A program made the position numbers and the translations under genes. DNA of 64,000 nucleotides, taken from Octopus vulgaris. Its lineage: Eukaryota. The stretch is taken from positions 154,752,001 through 154,816,000 of the forward strand of contig OX597814.1 of assembly GCA_951406725.2 (NCBI GenBank). The letters run 5' to 3'. Within the stretch, counting starts at the first letter, position 1; each line of letters starts with the position of its first letter. This document shows, piece by piece, positions 40,541 to 55,019 of this stretch. The notes below the pieces were generated by a model, which was not told where the DNA came from, ran no database searches, and saw nothing but the letters and a program-made list of their open reading frames with translations.

Positions 40541-42216
40541 CGCGTTTATTTATTGTAGGTTTTATTTCGTTCACGGTTCATTCAAAAGGAGTCGTACGAT
40601 ATCTGTTTGGCATCGGAGACTTCTAGACGTCACGGCGCATGCCTGCTTCCTACAAATCTGAAGAATACTGCTTTCCACGCAACTTTCGCGTTTCTTTTGA
40701 TGCTGGCTCTTGTTTGTTTGTCTGCGCATCTGTTTCCTCAAAATTCTCATGTTTGTTTCTTTTCCTTATATTTTTGTATTTTATTTTTTTGATATTTTTT
40801 TTTTATTTCTTAGATAAGATGGACATGTTTAGTGGTGTACGTGTTGCCTTTTTTTCCTTTCGTGGGTGTATGTGCATTTGGATGTATATCTGTACGTGAA
40901 TGTGTTTGTGTGTACGCGTGTGTTTGTGTTTCAATGTGTATGAGTGCGTGTGAGTGTGTGTGTTTGTGTCTCTCTCCTTCTGTATGTGTGCGTGAGCGCG
41001 GGCGTGCGTGTGTAGTTATGAGCGCTTGTGTATGGTATTGTGTGCATGTGAATGTCTTGTACCTATGTGTGTCTTGTGAGAGTACGTTGGGCATGTATGT
41101 AACCGAATAAGCTCATGTGCGTCTATACTTAAGTATGTAAGTGTTTGCGAATGCGGGTCAATATGTATGAGTGTATGTGCAATTCATATACGTGTGTGAG
41201 CGTATGTGTTCATGTAGTTGAGTATAATGTTGCTGACGTGTTCATGTACATGCGCATGTGTGAGATCAAGTGTGCGTGCGTGTGTGAGATCAGTGTATGT
41301 GCGTGTGTGTGTGTGTGTAAGTTTGTGTGTAAGTGCATGTATGTGTGATTTTGTGCGTGTATATGATAATGTTTAATGTTATTTGTGGATATGATGTGAG
41401 ATTTTGATGCGTGTAAGTGCGTGTTATTTATTTGTGTATGCCAGCGCGTGTGTGTGTGTATGTGTGTGTGTGTATGTGTGTGTGCCTGTATGTGTATCTG
41501 TATCTCAATGAAAGCAAGACAGGAGAGAAAGTACGAACAATAGAGAGAGAGAGAGTAGATAGTAAAACTGTTGGATAGACAGAGACAGACGGTAGAAGAG
41601 TATGAGATCAAAGGAGACAAGCGAAATGCCACAAAGACAGAGAGAAAAAGAGAGTACGTAAATGTAAAAGATCAAAAGATTATATGTATATCTATATATA
41701 TGTGTGTGTATGCATGTGTATATGTATGTATGTGTGTGTGTATGTTGGGGGAGTATACTCACAAATACCTAAGTATATGAAATAAGATGAAGATTAAGCA
41801 AAAGAAAATACTAATTTACAGAATATTCACAAATTGCTGAAAATTAAGTTTTATATGATAAAGTAAAATGGCTTCAGCAGTTATTGCCATCCTTCTTATG
41901 GAAATCTCCATTGTAACTAATCACCAATATAAAGAATGTAACGCAGTCTATTTCTTGAGCATTTTATTCATATGTGCAGTCTTGTCCTTACGAACACAGA
42001 CACACAGACAACAAAAACACAGAAACAGACACATACACACACACAAATATACAAATACTTTGAAGGCTACCTTCTTCTGCCCAAATAGGTTGTTAACCCA
42101 ATATTTACAAGATATTATTTAAGGCTTTATTTGCTTCGAGACCGACTGTTCCAAAAGAAGGAATTACTTCATGTCCTAACGAAGTTTATAATTTCAATAT
42201 CAACGATATATCTATC

Positions 42217-42310
<94 letters not shown>

Positions 42311-42339
42311 CTATCTGTATATATATATATATGTGTTCG

Positions 42340-42398
42340 AAACACACCAGCATCGGTTGTCAAGCGATGGTGGAGGGACAAACACAAACACACAAATA

Positions 42399-42461
<63 letters not shown>

Positions 42462-42612
42462 TCGTCAAGCTTCTTTCAGTTTCCGTTAACCAAAATCCAC
42501 CTACAAGGCTTTGATCGGCCCGTGGCTTTAGTAGAAGACATTTCCCCAAGGTGCCACGCAGTGGAACTGAACCAGGAACCATGTGGTTGGGAAGTAAGCT
42601 TCTTACCACACA
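42340..42612 (-). mobile_element. SINE family B, 5' two-thirds
   Basis: Matches 5195-5488. Confidence 0.85.
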
Positions 42613-42895
42613 GTATATGTATATATATATATAGTATTGATAATAAGGGGAATGAAGAATTTGAACATTCAAACTTTATGTTTATTTTCAGTTAGTTTAT
42701 TCATAATAATTGTTCGAAACGCATTTCTCCTTATTATCGATACTGTACTTTACACTCTAAATAGCTGGGAAATAAACTGTAACTTCGGATGGCAGTTAAA
42801 AGAAGTTTACCATAAAACGCACCGTCTGAAGGAAGCAACCTAGGAATTTTACATTGAGAAATTCGGTATCTGCCTGGATATTATGTCGCCCCTTT

Positions 42896-43025
<130 letters not shown>

Positions 43026-43030
43026 ATGTG

Positions 43031-43230
43031 TGTGTGTTTGTCCCCCTAGCATTGCTTGACAACCGATGCTGGTGCGTTTACGTCCCCGTCACTTAGCGGT
43101 TCAGCAAAAGAGACCGATAGAATAAGTACTGGGCTTACAAAGAATAAGTCCTGGGGTCGATTTGCTCGACTAAAGGCGGTGCTCCAGCATGGCCGCAGTC
43201 AAATGACTGAAACAAGTAAAAGAGTAAAAG
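43031..43230 (+). mobile_element. SINE family B, 3' half
   Basis: Follows a long (TA)n; tail cagtcaaatgactgaaacaagtaaaagag. Confidence 0.88.
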
Positions 43231-43268
43231 ATATATATATATATATATATATACATACACACACACGC

Positions 43269-43301
<33 letters not shown>

Positions 43302-43316
43302 CATATACACACACGC

Positions 43317-43363
<47 letters not shown>

Positions 43364-43369
43364 CACACA

Positions 43370-43401
<32 letters not shown>

Positions 43402-43405
<4 letters not shown>

Positions 43406-43607
43406 GACTCCATGATAGATCGTTAGCTCCTACACGCATTTTTTCTCTCCTTGTTTCTCTTCTTGTTTTTTTCTGTGTCTCTTTTCTGTCGAAGAGCATA
43501 GGCTCGAAACGTAAAAGACTTTTCCTATTCCTGAGCGCTATACTAATACATTTGTTTGACTGTACTCCACCTGCCTTCGTCTTTTGTTTATTTTCGTAAA
43601 AATTTCC

Positions 43608-43612
<5 letters not shown>
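43402..43612 (+). mobile_element. Short Penelope-like repeat; hammerhead-like motif at 43482-43517
   Basis: UUUU-CUGUCGA-A-GAGC(AUAG)GCUC-GAAAC-GUA-AAAG, with (TA)n on both sides. Related to 4095-4230 and 1100-1205. Confidence 0.7.
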
Positions 43613-43652
<40 letters not shown>

Positions 43653-44534
43653 TAGATAGATAGATAGATAGATATATATTCATATGTATATATATATATA
43701 TAGTAAAGTCTCCTAATATGAAATCACGTGTTAAAAAAGATATTGTTGTATTTCGGGGCGGTCATTTTTTTCTATATAAACACACGCACTATATATTCAT
43801 TCTTCATTCGTTTATTACTGTTCTTATTCTCACTCATGTCCATTGTACGGAATTCTTTCGTCACACGTCTGTGACCTCTTTAGTATCACTTTCTATCTTC
43901 GTGTGTGCTCTCACTCCACTTATTTTATTCTGTTCTATGATGTGTATGCTTATATGCGCATGTGTTTACGTCCGTGTTTATGTGTGATTGTGTGCAAGTG
44001 GGTGTGTGTATGTGTGTGTGTCATTGTTCTTAGTAGCGCTATGACCGTCTTTCCTGTTGTCACTCTTGCTGTCATAGGACCCGAAATTTGGTACAGTTCC
44101 TGTATTACTCTGTGTTTGTGTATTCGCCCACGTTGCTGCCCTTGTGTTAGATGTTGTTGTTATTGCTATCTTTGTCACTGCTGCTGCTGCTTTCGTTGTT
44201 CGTCATGTTGCTGATACTGTTGCGGCCGCCTGTGAAGTTACTATTTGTGTTTCTGTGTGTATATGGGTTCGCTCCCTATATTGTTTGTATCCGTGCCCTT
44301 TATATAGATGTATTTATCGATCTATTTATTTTCATGTACCTCTATTTCTTATATTTATCACAGGTATGCTTATTTAAGGCAGAGAGGTCACAGATGTGTG
44401 ACGAAATATTCCGGACAATGGACATGAGTTTGAATAAGAACTGTAAGAAATGAATGAAGAACGAATATACAGTGCGTGTGTTTATTTGGCAAAGAGAAAA
44501 CTAAAAAACATCTCGAAATACAATATATACTTTT

Positions 44535-44862
44535 AGTCAAGCAAATCGACCCCAGGACTTATTCTTTATAAGCCTATTATTTATTTTATCGGTTTCTTTT
44601 GCCGAACCGCTAAGTTACGGGGACGTACACACAGCAGCATCGGTTGTCAAGCGATGTTGGGGGGCAAACACAGACACACAAACTTATACACACATATATA
44701 TACATATATACTACGGGCTTCTTTCAGTTTCCGTCTACCAAATTCACTAACAAGGCTTTATTCGGCCCGAGGCTATAGTAGAAGACACTTGCCCAAGGTG
44801 CCACGCAATGGGACTGAACCTGGAACCATGTGGTTCGTAAGCAAGCTACTTACCACACAGCC
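44535..44862 (-). mobile_element. SINE family B
   Basis: Matches 5100-5488, with a short internal microsatellite. Confidence 0.9.
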
Positions 44863-45138
44863 AAGGGTTTTAGTTCACTGGTGATCTAAAGAAATAGGTA
44901 CGCTGTGTAAGCGCTATAATTGGTCATCCGTTGACAGGTGAGGCTGAAGCTAGGGATCCGTAGTAGGTTTCCGAGTTAGCAGGTATATATCAGAGGGGAA
45001 AAGGACAACAAAAACCAAGGCAGGACGAGTCATTTACAATATTTAATTATTTAGAATATTTCACATTACTCTAATTAAATATTCTAAATGACTTGAGATA
45101 CTCGTCCCGCCTTGTTATTTTTTTTCCATTTTCCTCTA

Positions 45139-45174
<36 letters not shown>

Positions 45175-45226
45175 GTGTGTATATGTATATATTTTTGTTT
45201 ATGATTTATATATATCACCATCTTTT

Positions 45227-45487
45227 AACCGAATATTTAAGTTACGGAGACGTAAACAAACCATCACCGGATGACAGGAGATAAACACAAGAGGTCAAAG
45301 ACATATATACATTGATATACACATGTACACGACGGGCTTCTTTCAGTATCCGCCTACCAAATCCACTCACAAGGCGTTACTCGGCCCGAGGTTATAGTAC
45401 ATGACATTTTGCTGAAGGTGCCGCCCAGTGGAATACACTCAAATCCATGTGGTTGGGAAGCAAATTTCTTACCATACAATTGCGCCT
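45227..45487 (-). mobile_element. SINE family B, degenerate
   Basis: gacgggcttctttcagt..ccaaatccactcacaaggc..ccatgtggttgggaagcaa. Confidence 0.75.
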
Positions 45488-45774
45488 ATCATGGTTTTAG
45501 CATATAGTCCCTTCCTAGTGTGTTCCACTAAATAATTTCCCAATTATTTCTCATGTCATGGTATGTTTTCTGCCATTGTCTTGGTTACGTCACGAAATAT
45601 TTAACTATATATTTTCTGCGTTGGTCTTTGCTTTTTCTTCACCGGAAGAATCATGAGCTTTCCTGTCTTCATGACTTGGATTCTGTGATTTGAATAGTCG
45701 CTGCATGGACAATTTCCCATGTGACTCCTCTGTTTTGTTTTTCTTTTCGTATTGTGCCATTTCTGTTATATATA

Positions 45775-46872
45775 CGGGAGTAATCCCAAAAGTTAGGTCT
45801 CCGCCAATATTTAGAAATCACAAAAACGTTTATTGTCAATGATATTTACATCATTTTAAAGTTTGAACATTTATCTATTTTTCTACGTAATCGCCATTTC
45901 GGCCGATGCATTTTTGTAGGTGCTGGGGCAGTTTTTCTATGCTCATGTCATACCAGCTCACCGTCATGTCGTTGAGGAAGCGTTGAACCTCATCTTTCAT
46001 CTCGTCGTCGTTGCTGAAGCGCGTTCCGGCCAGATGCTCTTTCAACTTAGGGAACAGGTGGTAGTCATTGGGTGCCAAGTCCGGACTGGGTTGTCATTTA
46101 AGGTCTTCTGTGAGCATTCATGGGACCCATCTTGCGCATACCTTCTGATATTGCAACTTTTCCCTCGAAACCCTAAGAATGGTGTTTCGGGAAACCTCAA
46201 GAAGCAAAATGCGGAGATCATCCAGAGCGATCCGCCGATTTTTACGCAGGATTTGTTCAACTTTCGCGACTGTCTCGTCGGAAATTGATGGCCGCTCGCT
46301 TCATTCTTCGTCATGAATTTCAGTACGACCACCTACCTGTAAACTCGCTACACCACTTACAGACGTTTTTGACATCCATGCACGACTCGCCATACACTTG
46401 TGTTAAATGGCGATGAATTTGAATCGGTTTAATGCCTTTTGCGTTCAAAAACCAAATAACTGCGTGAACTTCACACTTGGCGGTAGCGTCAATCGGGAGC
46501 TCCATCAGATACGACTGCCAAGCCAAGACTGATTTTGGCAGCAAGGCGCGCGCAAGGGCAGGCGCAGGCACAGGCCATTACACAACAAACGTAGCCGTTC
46601 AAGAATTTGGACCTGGAGATCTCCATTTCCAGCGACAGTGGTGTCGGGCGTCAACGAAGAGCCCTCGACTACAACAAGACGACCTAAGTTTTATTTTCCA
46701 AGGTCTGGGGTCTCCCGCCCCTAAGTCCTAGACCATCACCTAATCACCCTTACCCGTCTTGTTGCTTAACAACAACAACAACAACAACAAACGCAACAGT
46801 GTTGCCAATAGCCGCACGCAGTTTCCCAGCGTCCCCAGCGCTTTGGAGACCTTACTTTTAGGATTACTTTCT
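45775..46872 (-). mobile_element. Internally deleted mariner transposon with both TIRs
   Basis: 28-bp TIRs (23/28 match) with TA flanks. Translates to MELPIDATAKCEVHAVIWFLNAKG..VYGE..; ARWVP*MLTE; SPDLAPNDYHLFPKLKEHLAGTRF..GDYVEK*. Confidence 0.93.
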
Positions 46873-47475
46873 TACCTACATACTTGCATACATACATTTG
46901 TATGAACGGATATACATACATAGATACGAGAGTAAGTCAGAAATAATTGCAGGTTCTCTCTCTCTTTCTCTCTTTCTCTCTTGCACATGCACACGCACAT
47001 ACATACATACAAACGTACATACATACATACATACAAACATACATACATACATACATGCATACATACATACATACTCTCGTATTATATTAATTTTTATCTG
47101 TATATCGAACTATAATAACAACAGTTTAATATGAAACTGGGGAGCTACTCAATATTTATACTTTTACAAGAAGAGAGGTGACAGTGACTTCGAAATACGA
47201 ACTGTCCTCGACGGTTAGCAGGCTGAAACTCCAAAGGAATTATCATTTCTCTTCTTGTGAAAGTATACTATACATGTGTGTATGTATGTATGTATGTATG
47301 TATGTATGTATGTATGTATGTATGTATGTATGTATGTATGTATGTATGTATGTATGTATATATGCATGCATGTATGTATGTATTACGCATGAAAGCATAT
47401 ATGTATGTAAATGTATAAGTGTACGTATATATATATGTACATATATATACATGTACATGCAAATATGTATATCCA

Positions 47476-47551
<76 letters not shown>

Positions 47552-48074
47552 CATATATTTATATATATATATTTATATATATATATATATATATTTATAT
47601 ACACGCATACATACCACAGTACACGAACATACACATTTATGCATACATGCATACAAACATTCTTGATTATATCTAGTAAGCTCTGATATTGCCACCGATA
47701 AAGAAAGGCTATTAGTAGAAATAAGCCATCTATAGACCATTTCAAACCTTTACCCTAACAAAACTTCATTCTTATCATATATTTAAATAGCTCAAATACT
47801 TGCCTCTTCTTTCTAAGAACACAAATACAATTGAACCCCTTTATATTCATTTTTAGTATGCCCACTTTGAATTCTTCGAATTGTCGCATTAGTTTTCTTC
47901 TGATCATTTTAAAGTTTGAGATAAGTTATTTATTTTATAACAGTTGCAGTTTAACAGTCATCCTGTATACACATTTATCATCATCTATTATTTATGTATG
48001 TATCGTCGGAAATTGATGGTCGCCCGCTTCTTTCTTCGTCATGGATTTCAGTACGACCAGCTAGCTGCAAACTC

Positions 48075-48108
<34 letters not shown>

Positions 48109-48937
48109 GTGATGAACAACGCTAAAGCAAGCGTAATATTTATAGTCACCAAAAGGTACTCAAATCTAAAACTTAAATTCCATCTCTTTCATCGAGGATA
48201 GGTAACTTAGGAATAGGAAGTCAGACTGGCATCTCTCATTGTTTACCCGAAACAGCTGTAAAGTTAAGACTTCATTGCAGCATTCTTTTATTCTTTATTT
48301 CTATACGTAATTTTCCAAGTAAGTACATCTTTTGGGCCTACTTTTGTTTATTTGCCTTGTCTTACTCGTGTAAATATCGAAAGTATTTTTAAAATCCAAT
48401 ATTTAATTGCTTTATCTACTTCAAGTTCCACTGCTCAAAGCGAATTTTTCCACGTCCCCCAAAGTTTCTAAATTCTCATGATGCAAACAAGATATGTATA
48501 ATATGATATGTGTGTATAAAAAAACAACAAAACTTTTTAAATGCAAAAATGCATAAACTTCAGAAGTTTAAAGTTAATATAATAATTTTATCTGTTAACG
48601 AAGAGAAAATAAAATCTGCCACGCATCCAGTGTGACTCGAAAGCCGCGTCTGTTATAAGTCATATAGTTGTGCTAACAACTACAGCAAAAAGACTTCGCA
48701 AGTCCCATTGTCCAATTTAGATGACTCAACCTAAGCTCTAAGAGTACACTTCCCATCAGATTTATGTTCACAAATTATATAACATAGAAACATAAAACCA
48801 TAAAACTATAAATTCACGTCTTGTTTCTTACTCATATGCAAATGCCAACCCATTTATACCAATACTCAAAATATTCAAATGTATGTATGTATGTATGTAT
48901 GTATGTATGTATGTATGTATGTATGTATGTATGTATG

Positions 48938-48968
<31 letters not shown>

Positions 48969-49009
48969 CTATTATTAATGCCACCAACACATTACATGTG
49001 TACCAGAAA

Positions 49010-49580
49010 GTATTGAGTCAGCATTTATGCTTCATAAACCCCATGATTTCTCTGTGAGTGGGACAGCCAAGTCAAGAATTTACATTGAGTCCCGAAGGAA
49101 TTGCCAAATAAAAAATACCTAGAGTTTGGTACCAAAAGCATCATCAGACTTAGCTTAGAGAATTGAGGCAAAGTACTGCTGCTACGACTTGATATTAAGC
49201 TTTGATTGATAAAGTAGCTTTATTTGTTAAAACCCTGTTAAAAGATGGAGACTACTTTATGCATTTGTGCCAACCTAATGTGAAAGGTTTATTTACCACA
49301 CCTCCTAATTGAAAACTGATTTCTGATGAGAATTTGATGGTGAGCTGATCAACCTAGAATAGGAAGCTCAAAATCCAAATTACAAAGAAATTGTGAAAAG
49401 TTCAAGTTTAAAGAGCTGAAAGTTCAGCTTTTTGGATTCACATTTCGAATCTTTACCAACATGTTTTGAAGCTATCAGTAAAGAACAGAGGGAAAGATTC
49501 CCACTAGGATATCGAGGACTTGGAAAAAATGTATCAGGAACATTAGGATGTCAATTTGATTGTGGGCTACAATTAGTTAA
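49010..49580 (+). pseudogene. Decayed DNA-transposase C-terminal remnant (superfamily uncertain, possibly Sola-like)
   Basis: KVLLLRLDIKL..FVKTLLKDGDYF and LKVQLLDSHFESLPTCFEAISKEQRERF..DIEDLEKMYQ resemble the widespread LPPLHIKLGL / HSHLDFFPENLGAVSEEQGERFHQD motifs. Confidence 0.7.
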
Positions 49581-49605
49581 TTCAAAGGGACACACTAATC
49601 TATGC

Positions 49606-49656
<51 letters not shown>

Positions 49657-49786
49657 CATATGAGAGGTATTGATATCCAGAAAAGCCAAGATGGCAGGTA
49701 AGGCTTATGTAAATGCTACGGAAGGACCGTAGTTAGACTCTCGGTTCGTTTATATATATATATGTATGTGTGTGTGTGTGTGTGTA

Positions 49787-49828
<42 letters not shown>

Positions 49829-50006
49829 TGTGTGTGTGTGCATGGGTCTGTATACATGTATGGGAATAAAAGATACTGCTGACTTTTTATTTCAAGGTTT
49901 TCAGTCACCACTTAACACTGTGCATGCAAAAAGGTGACTTGCTCTGATGTATAATCAGGATCGATCCGGTCTGGTGAAGTAGCGTCATCTTTTCTATGGT
50001 ATATAT

Positions 50007-50077
50007 CAATGGTTCCCAGCCTGGGGTCCGCAAAGGTATACCGGTGGTCCTTGAACTAAATTCAAAATTTCATATGT

Positions 50078-50127
<50 letters not shown>

Positions 50128-50175
50128 ATAGGCATATCAAAAGGGGTCGGTGGGAAAACTCATTGGGAAGCACTG
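50007..50175. mobile_element. hAT-like MITE with internal (TA)n
   Basis: Termini CAATGGTTCCCA.. / ..TGGGAAGCACTG. No clear TSD. Confidence 0.55.
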
Positions 50176-50195
50176 TGAAAAGGATGGAAATCACT

Positions 50196-50428
50196 GGCGG
50201 CGAGCTGGCAGAATCTTTAGCACCCCGGGCGAAATGCGTAGCCGTATTTCGTCTGCCGTTACGTTCTGAGTTCAAATTCCGCCGAGGTCGACTTTACCTT
50301 TCATCCTTTCGGGGTCGATAAATTAAGTACCAGATACGCACTGGGGTCGATATAATCGACTTAATCCGTTTGTCTGTCCATGTTTGTCCTCTATGTGTTT
50401 AGCCCCTTGTGGGTAGTAAAGAAATAGG
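50196..50428 (+). mobile_element. SINE family A monomer
   Basis: Near-identical to 24694-24925. Confidence 0.93.
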
Positions 50429-51119
50429 TATATATCTTGGGGTTGAAAGATTGCATGTTTGTTTGTCACAGTCTTATAACTCTGTACTAAACATATAGCT
50501 TATGTTCTGCAAGTAATTTAGCAAGTATATTCATTTGGACTGGCTTGTGTCAGTGTTTAAAGTTTTTGCAAAAAAAAACAAAACAAGATAATATATTAAT
50601 AGACTTGGTTTTTATAATTGTTCCAGGTTAGATGATAGGTTGCAGTGCAATTTCGAAAATGGCATTGTATTTATGAATAAGTAAATAAAAACAAAAATTG
50701 GTTAAAACTTCAAGTGCATCTATATAACAAGATTGAGCCGTTTTTTTTAAACAATTATCAGTGTAAGAAGGAAAATCAAGGATACAACGCATCTGTAAAG
50801 ATATTATGAACCAGTTTCCTGTTTTATACAGGATTTCAAATTTAGAGAATTTATCAATGAGTTTATTAGAATATGGGTTTACTATACCGGTAAACTTATT
50901 GTGCTGTTCCTGAAAATACACATCTATTTGCAATTTAAATAAGGATCAAATTTCATCCTTTTGCACAACTGCAGATGGCGTGTATCGCTTGAGGAACACC
51001 GTGGTATGTAGGAAATTAAAGTAATGACGTTTCTTTAAAGATAATACGAATCAATAGCTAATACGAGATACACCATTTCGAAGAAAGCAGAGTTTTACTA
51101 CAAAGTTTTTCGCTGACTT

Positions 51120-51168
51120 CACCATCATCATCATCATCATCATCATCAACATCATCAACATCATCACC

Positions 51169-51235
<67 letters not shown>

Positions 51236-51240
51236 CCACC

Positions 51241-51286
<46 letters not shown>

Positions 51287-51300
51287 CCACCCACCACCAC

Positions 51301-51331
<31 letters not shown>

Positions 51332-51332
51332 T

Positions 51333-51398
<66 letters not shown>

Positions 51399-51415
51399 CC
51401 ACCACCACCACCACC

Positions 51416-51449
<34 letters not shown>

Positions 51450-51460
51450 TCATCACCATC
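51120..51460. repeat. Compound (CAT)n/(CAC)n array
   Basis: Directly visible. Confidence 0.97.
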
Positions 51461-52447
51461 GAATCGTCTATGAGGTTTACATACAATCGTCTGACAGTAA
51501 ACAAGAATGAAAAACCAAGAAACACAACAGTGTGTAAGGCCTCCCTATTCCCAGCCTTGCCGCATAACTTTTACTGCCGAGAAAAACGTTTTCCCAGTCT
51601 TGTTTTCTGACCTCCAGGAATATACTGGGGGACGGCTTATTTTGTCGTATCATATTCACCAGACTTACCGCCTAACTCACGGCAAATTTTATAGCAGCCA
51701 AATATATAACTCTGTGTGTGTCTTTATAAAATGGCTAAATGTCTGTGATTTTGTATAATGTGTGTGTGTGTTTACATAATGCTTTGATGAAATTATTATG
51801 TTGCTTCTGCTTTTACAACTGTTTTACGGCTACTTAACATACTAAAGACAAAATTCAAATTAACTTTATGGGAATCCATCAAATGCATTTTCACCCTTAA
51901 AATACTTCGGTTGAAAAATCAGAAGCAAGTAACAAAAGTATGCTTCGTTAAATGGCTAATTTAATCCTCTTTATACACAATCATCGTCCCATGAGAGCTC
52001 GTGCAAATACATACGAAGGCACACTTACGCACACGTACACAGTCGTACACACATACAAAGGGATAGATAGAGAGACAGGCACATATATATACACATAAAT
52101 ATAGAAATACGAAAGGAGCATTTACAGGGTCGTTCGACCAATTAGAAATAGCAACAAAAAATATTCCTCAAACCACACACTATGGTCTTAAAAAAATATA
52201 ATGTACAACGCTGGCTTATGTGTTTGAACTGCTAACGAAATGGTTACAAATGGAATATATTAAGTTTTGGCCTACTCTAATATGGTTGACTTGGAGACAA
52301 AAACAAAGCAAACAAAAGATGCAGTAATATAAAAACTCAAGTTAACAAGTAAACCTCTTACTAGAAACAGCAGTCACATCACTCTCAAATCTCACCGATG
52401 GAGTCTTAATAGAGATATAGGAATCCCTGATGTATAAAAGGCTGTTT

Positions 52448-52480
<33 letters not shown>

Positions 52481-52711
52481 TATATACATTCTGGATTCGG
52501 GAAGTAAAATCTCACCAGAGAGTATTAAAAGAACACCTGTCAAACAGGCAAACATAGCAGTAAAGTTAGGAAGTTGCTTTCGCAAGCATGTGATTCGGGG
52601 TTCCTGCAAATGACCCCTACCAAACCTTCGAGAATAAAATTCATTAGACTGAATTCCTAGTCGTGTGTGTATATGTGTATCTATACATACATACATATAT
52701 ATATATATATC

Positions 52712-52751
<40 letters not shown>

Positions 52752-53448
52752 TCTCCAAACATACATTATATGTTCGGTGGTCTTCCACGTATCTTCTGTC
52801 AACTAAATTCACTTAAAAGGCATTGGTCGGGCGGGGGCTAGAAGAAACTTGTCCAACACGCCGCGCGCTGGAATTGAACCCTAAACCAAGTGATTGCATA
52901 GCGAGCTTCATAACCACACACCCACGCTTGCATATATAATGTTTTGTGTAGAATTTTACATAAAGCAGTCGAAGATTAACTGAAGGATCACTTAGTTCAT
53001 TTGAGTGTAAGATTTATTTTTGAAAGTAAAAGTTTGACAGTGTCTTCGAAGTTTTGCTGCAGACTGGTCGTCTGACGTTCTAACATTCTGACATTCTGTC
53101 ACTTCATTGCACTGGACTAGTACTTTATCATTCATGACCCAGAATGAATAAAGACGAAGTTTAACCCAGAGAAGATTTCAGTTCACAACACAAACAATGG
53201 AAACAAATACCACAAGAGTTATTTATTCCTGCTAACTCGATGCGTATATATGCGTGTGTATATCGCTAGAGTGGAATAGAGAGTCAAATAGATAGATGGA
53301 TAGATAAGTAGATAGATAAATAGAGAGACAGATAGATAGACAGGCAGACGGATAAATAGATAGATAAATAAATAGATTGTAGCAAAATAGACAAAGAGAC
53401 AGACAGACAGATAGATAGACAGACAGATAGATAGACAGACAAACATAC

Positions 53449-53575
<127 letters not shown>

Positions 53576-54374
53576 CAAAAAGATGGAGAAAGTGGGAAAA
53601 ATCAGATTTGACAGAACAATCAATAGTAATATAGATATATAGATTAGATTATTTTAACCATAAAATACACAGATATACCGGAGTCTGATGTTTGGGAGGT
53701 AAAAGCCCCTAATTATGCCATAAAAGGAAAAATGGTGGGAGAGAGTGACTTCTTAAACGTAAACATACACGTAATCAGACAATTTATCATATATGCATGC
53801 GCATGTGTGCTTGGCGCGATAGGAAAGTTCGTAGATCACATAACCTTAACATGCAGGCACCAATTCAGTAATTATAGACAATCTCTTGCAGCTCTCTTAT
53901 TATCGCTAATTGCCTTTCTCCTCTTCACACACTTCTCTGCTTCCTTTTCTCCCATCCAATCAGCCATTTTCTTAAATGTGTTTTATAATGCATATGCCTC
54001 TCTGTGTACACGTGTCTTTATGTAAATGCTATGGTTCGTTCGAGTATTTATAGGTATTTTATAGACTATCATGTACATACAACGAACACATGTATGCAAT
54101 TTCGCACTGATATACACACCCACGCCAACACACACCAACACAGACGCGCACACACACGCACACACACACACTCACACACACATAGACACATGAGTAGGAA
54201 TGTAACGTACGCACATACACACTCACAAACATAGACATGTGTATGATTGTAAACGTATAGATATATCGGTGTAGGTACGTATATATGTATACATACATAT
54301 ATATATCTATATATCTATATATATTTATATATACATCCATCCCTTTTTTGTCTATATCTATATTACATATATGT

Positions 54375-54410
<36 letters not shown>

Positions 54411-54584
54411 GTGTGTGTATGCGTGTGCGTGTGTATATAAATGTAGGCATGTGTCTTAGATATATATTAATTTACATATGCATACTTATATACAGACATA
54501 TATCTATCTGTTTATGACTATATATATATATATATATATGTATATGTATGCATATACATATATATATGTATATATGTATATACT

Positions 54585-54615
<31 letters not shown>

Positions 54616-54621
<6 letters not shown>

Positions 54622-54815
54622 TCAGAAAATGGAGAAAGTCTCAGATTAGCAAACACATCGATGCAACTACATTTATAGCTTATTTTTAATACAAAGCGAG
54701 ATAACAAATAGGTCACCTATTTGTTTTGTCTTGCTTTGTATTAAAAAATACGCTATAAATGTGGTCCAATTGACATGTTTGTAAATCTGAGGTTTTCTCC
54801 ATATCCTGATTATTT
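54616..54815. repeat. About 200-bp imperfect palindrome (foldback)
   Basis: Centre acaaataggt-c-acctatttgt at 54714; the arms align along about 100 bp. Confidence 0.88.
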
Positions 54816-54980
54816 GCATTGGTTCCTTATAAACTCTTGTTTATCCTGTTGTTATCTGCACTATACGTGTTTGGTGTGTCTGTACACCAATGCCCGGGTA
54901 TAATACGGGTAACAGATATCCATAGTATATACTGATATTTTATCCCTTCGTTGGTTATTATAATCGCTAACTCTATTTAC

Positions 54981-55019
<39 letters not shown>

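Noticed and set aside
51051-51525. Acidic Asp/Gly-rich or poly-Met ORFs (also 21466-21675)
   Set aside because: Derived from (CAT)n/(CAC)n repeats.
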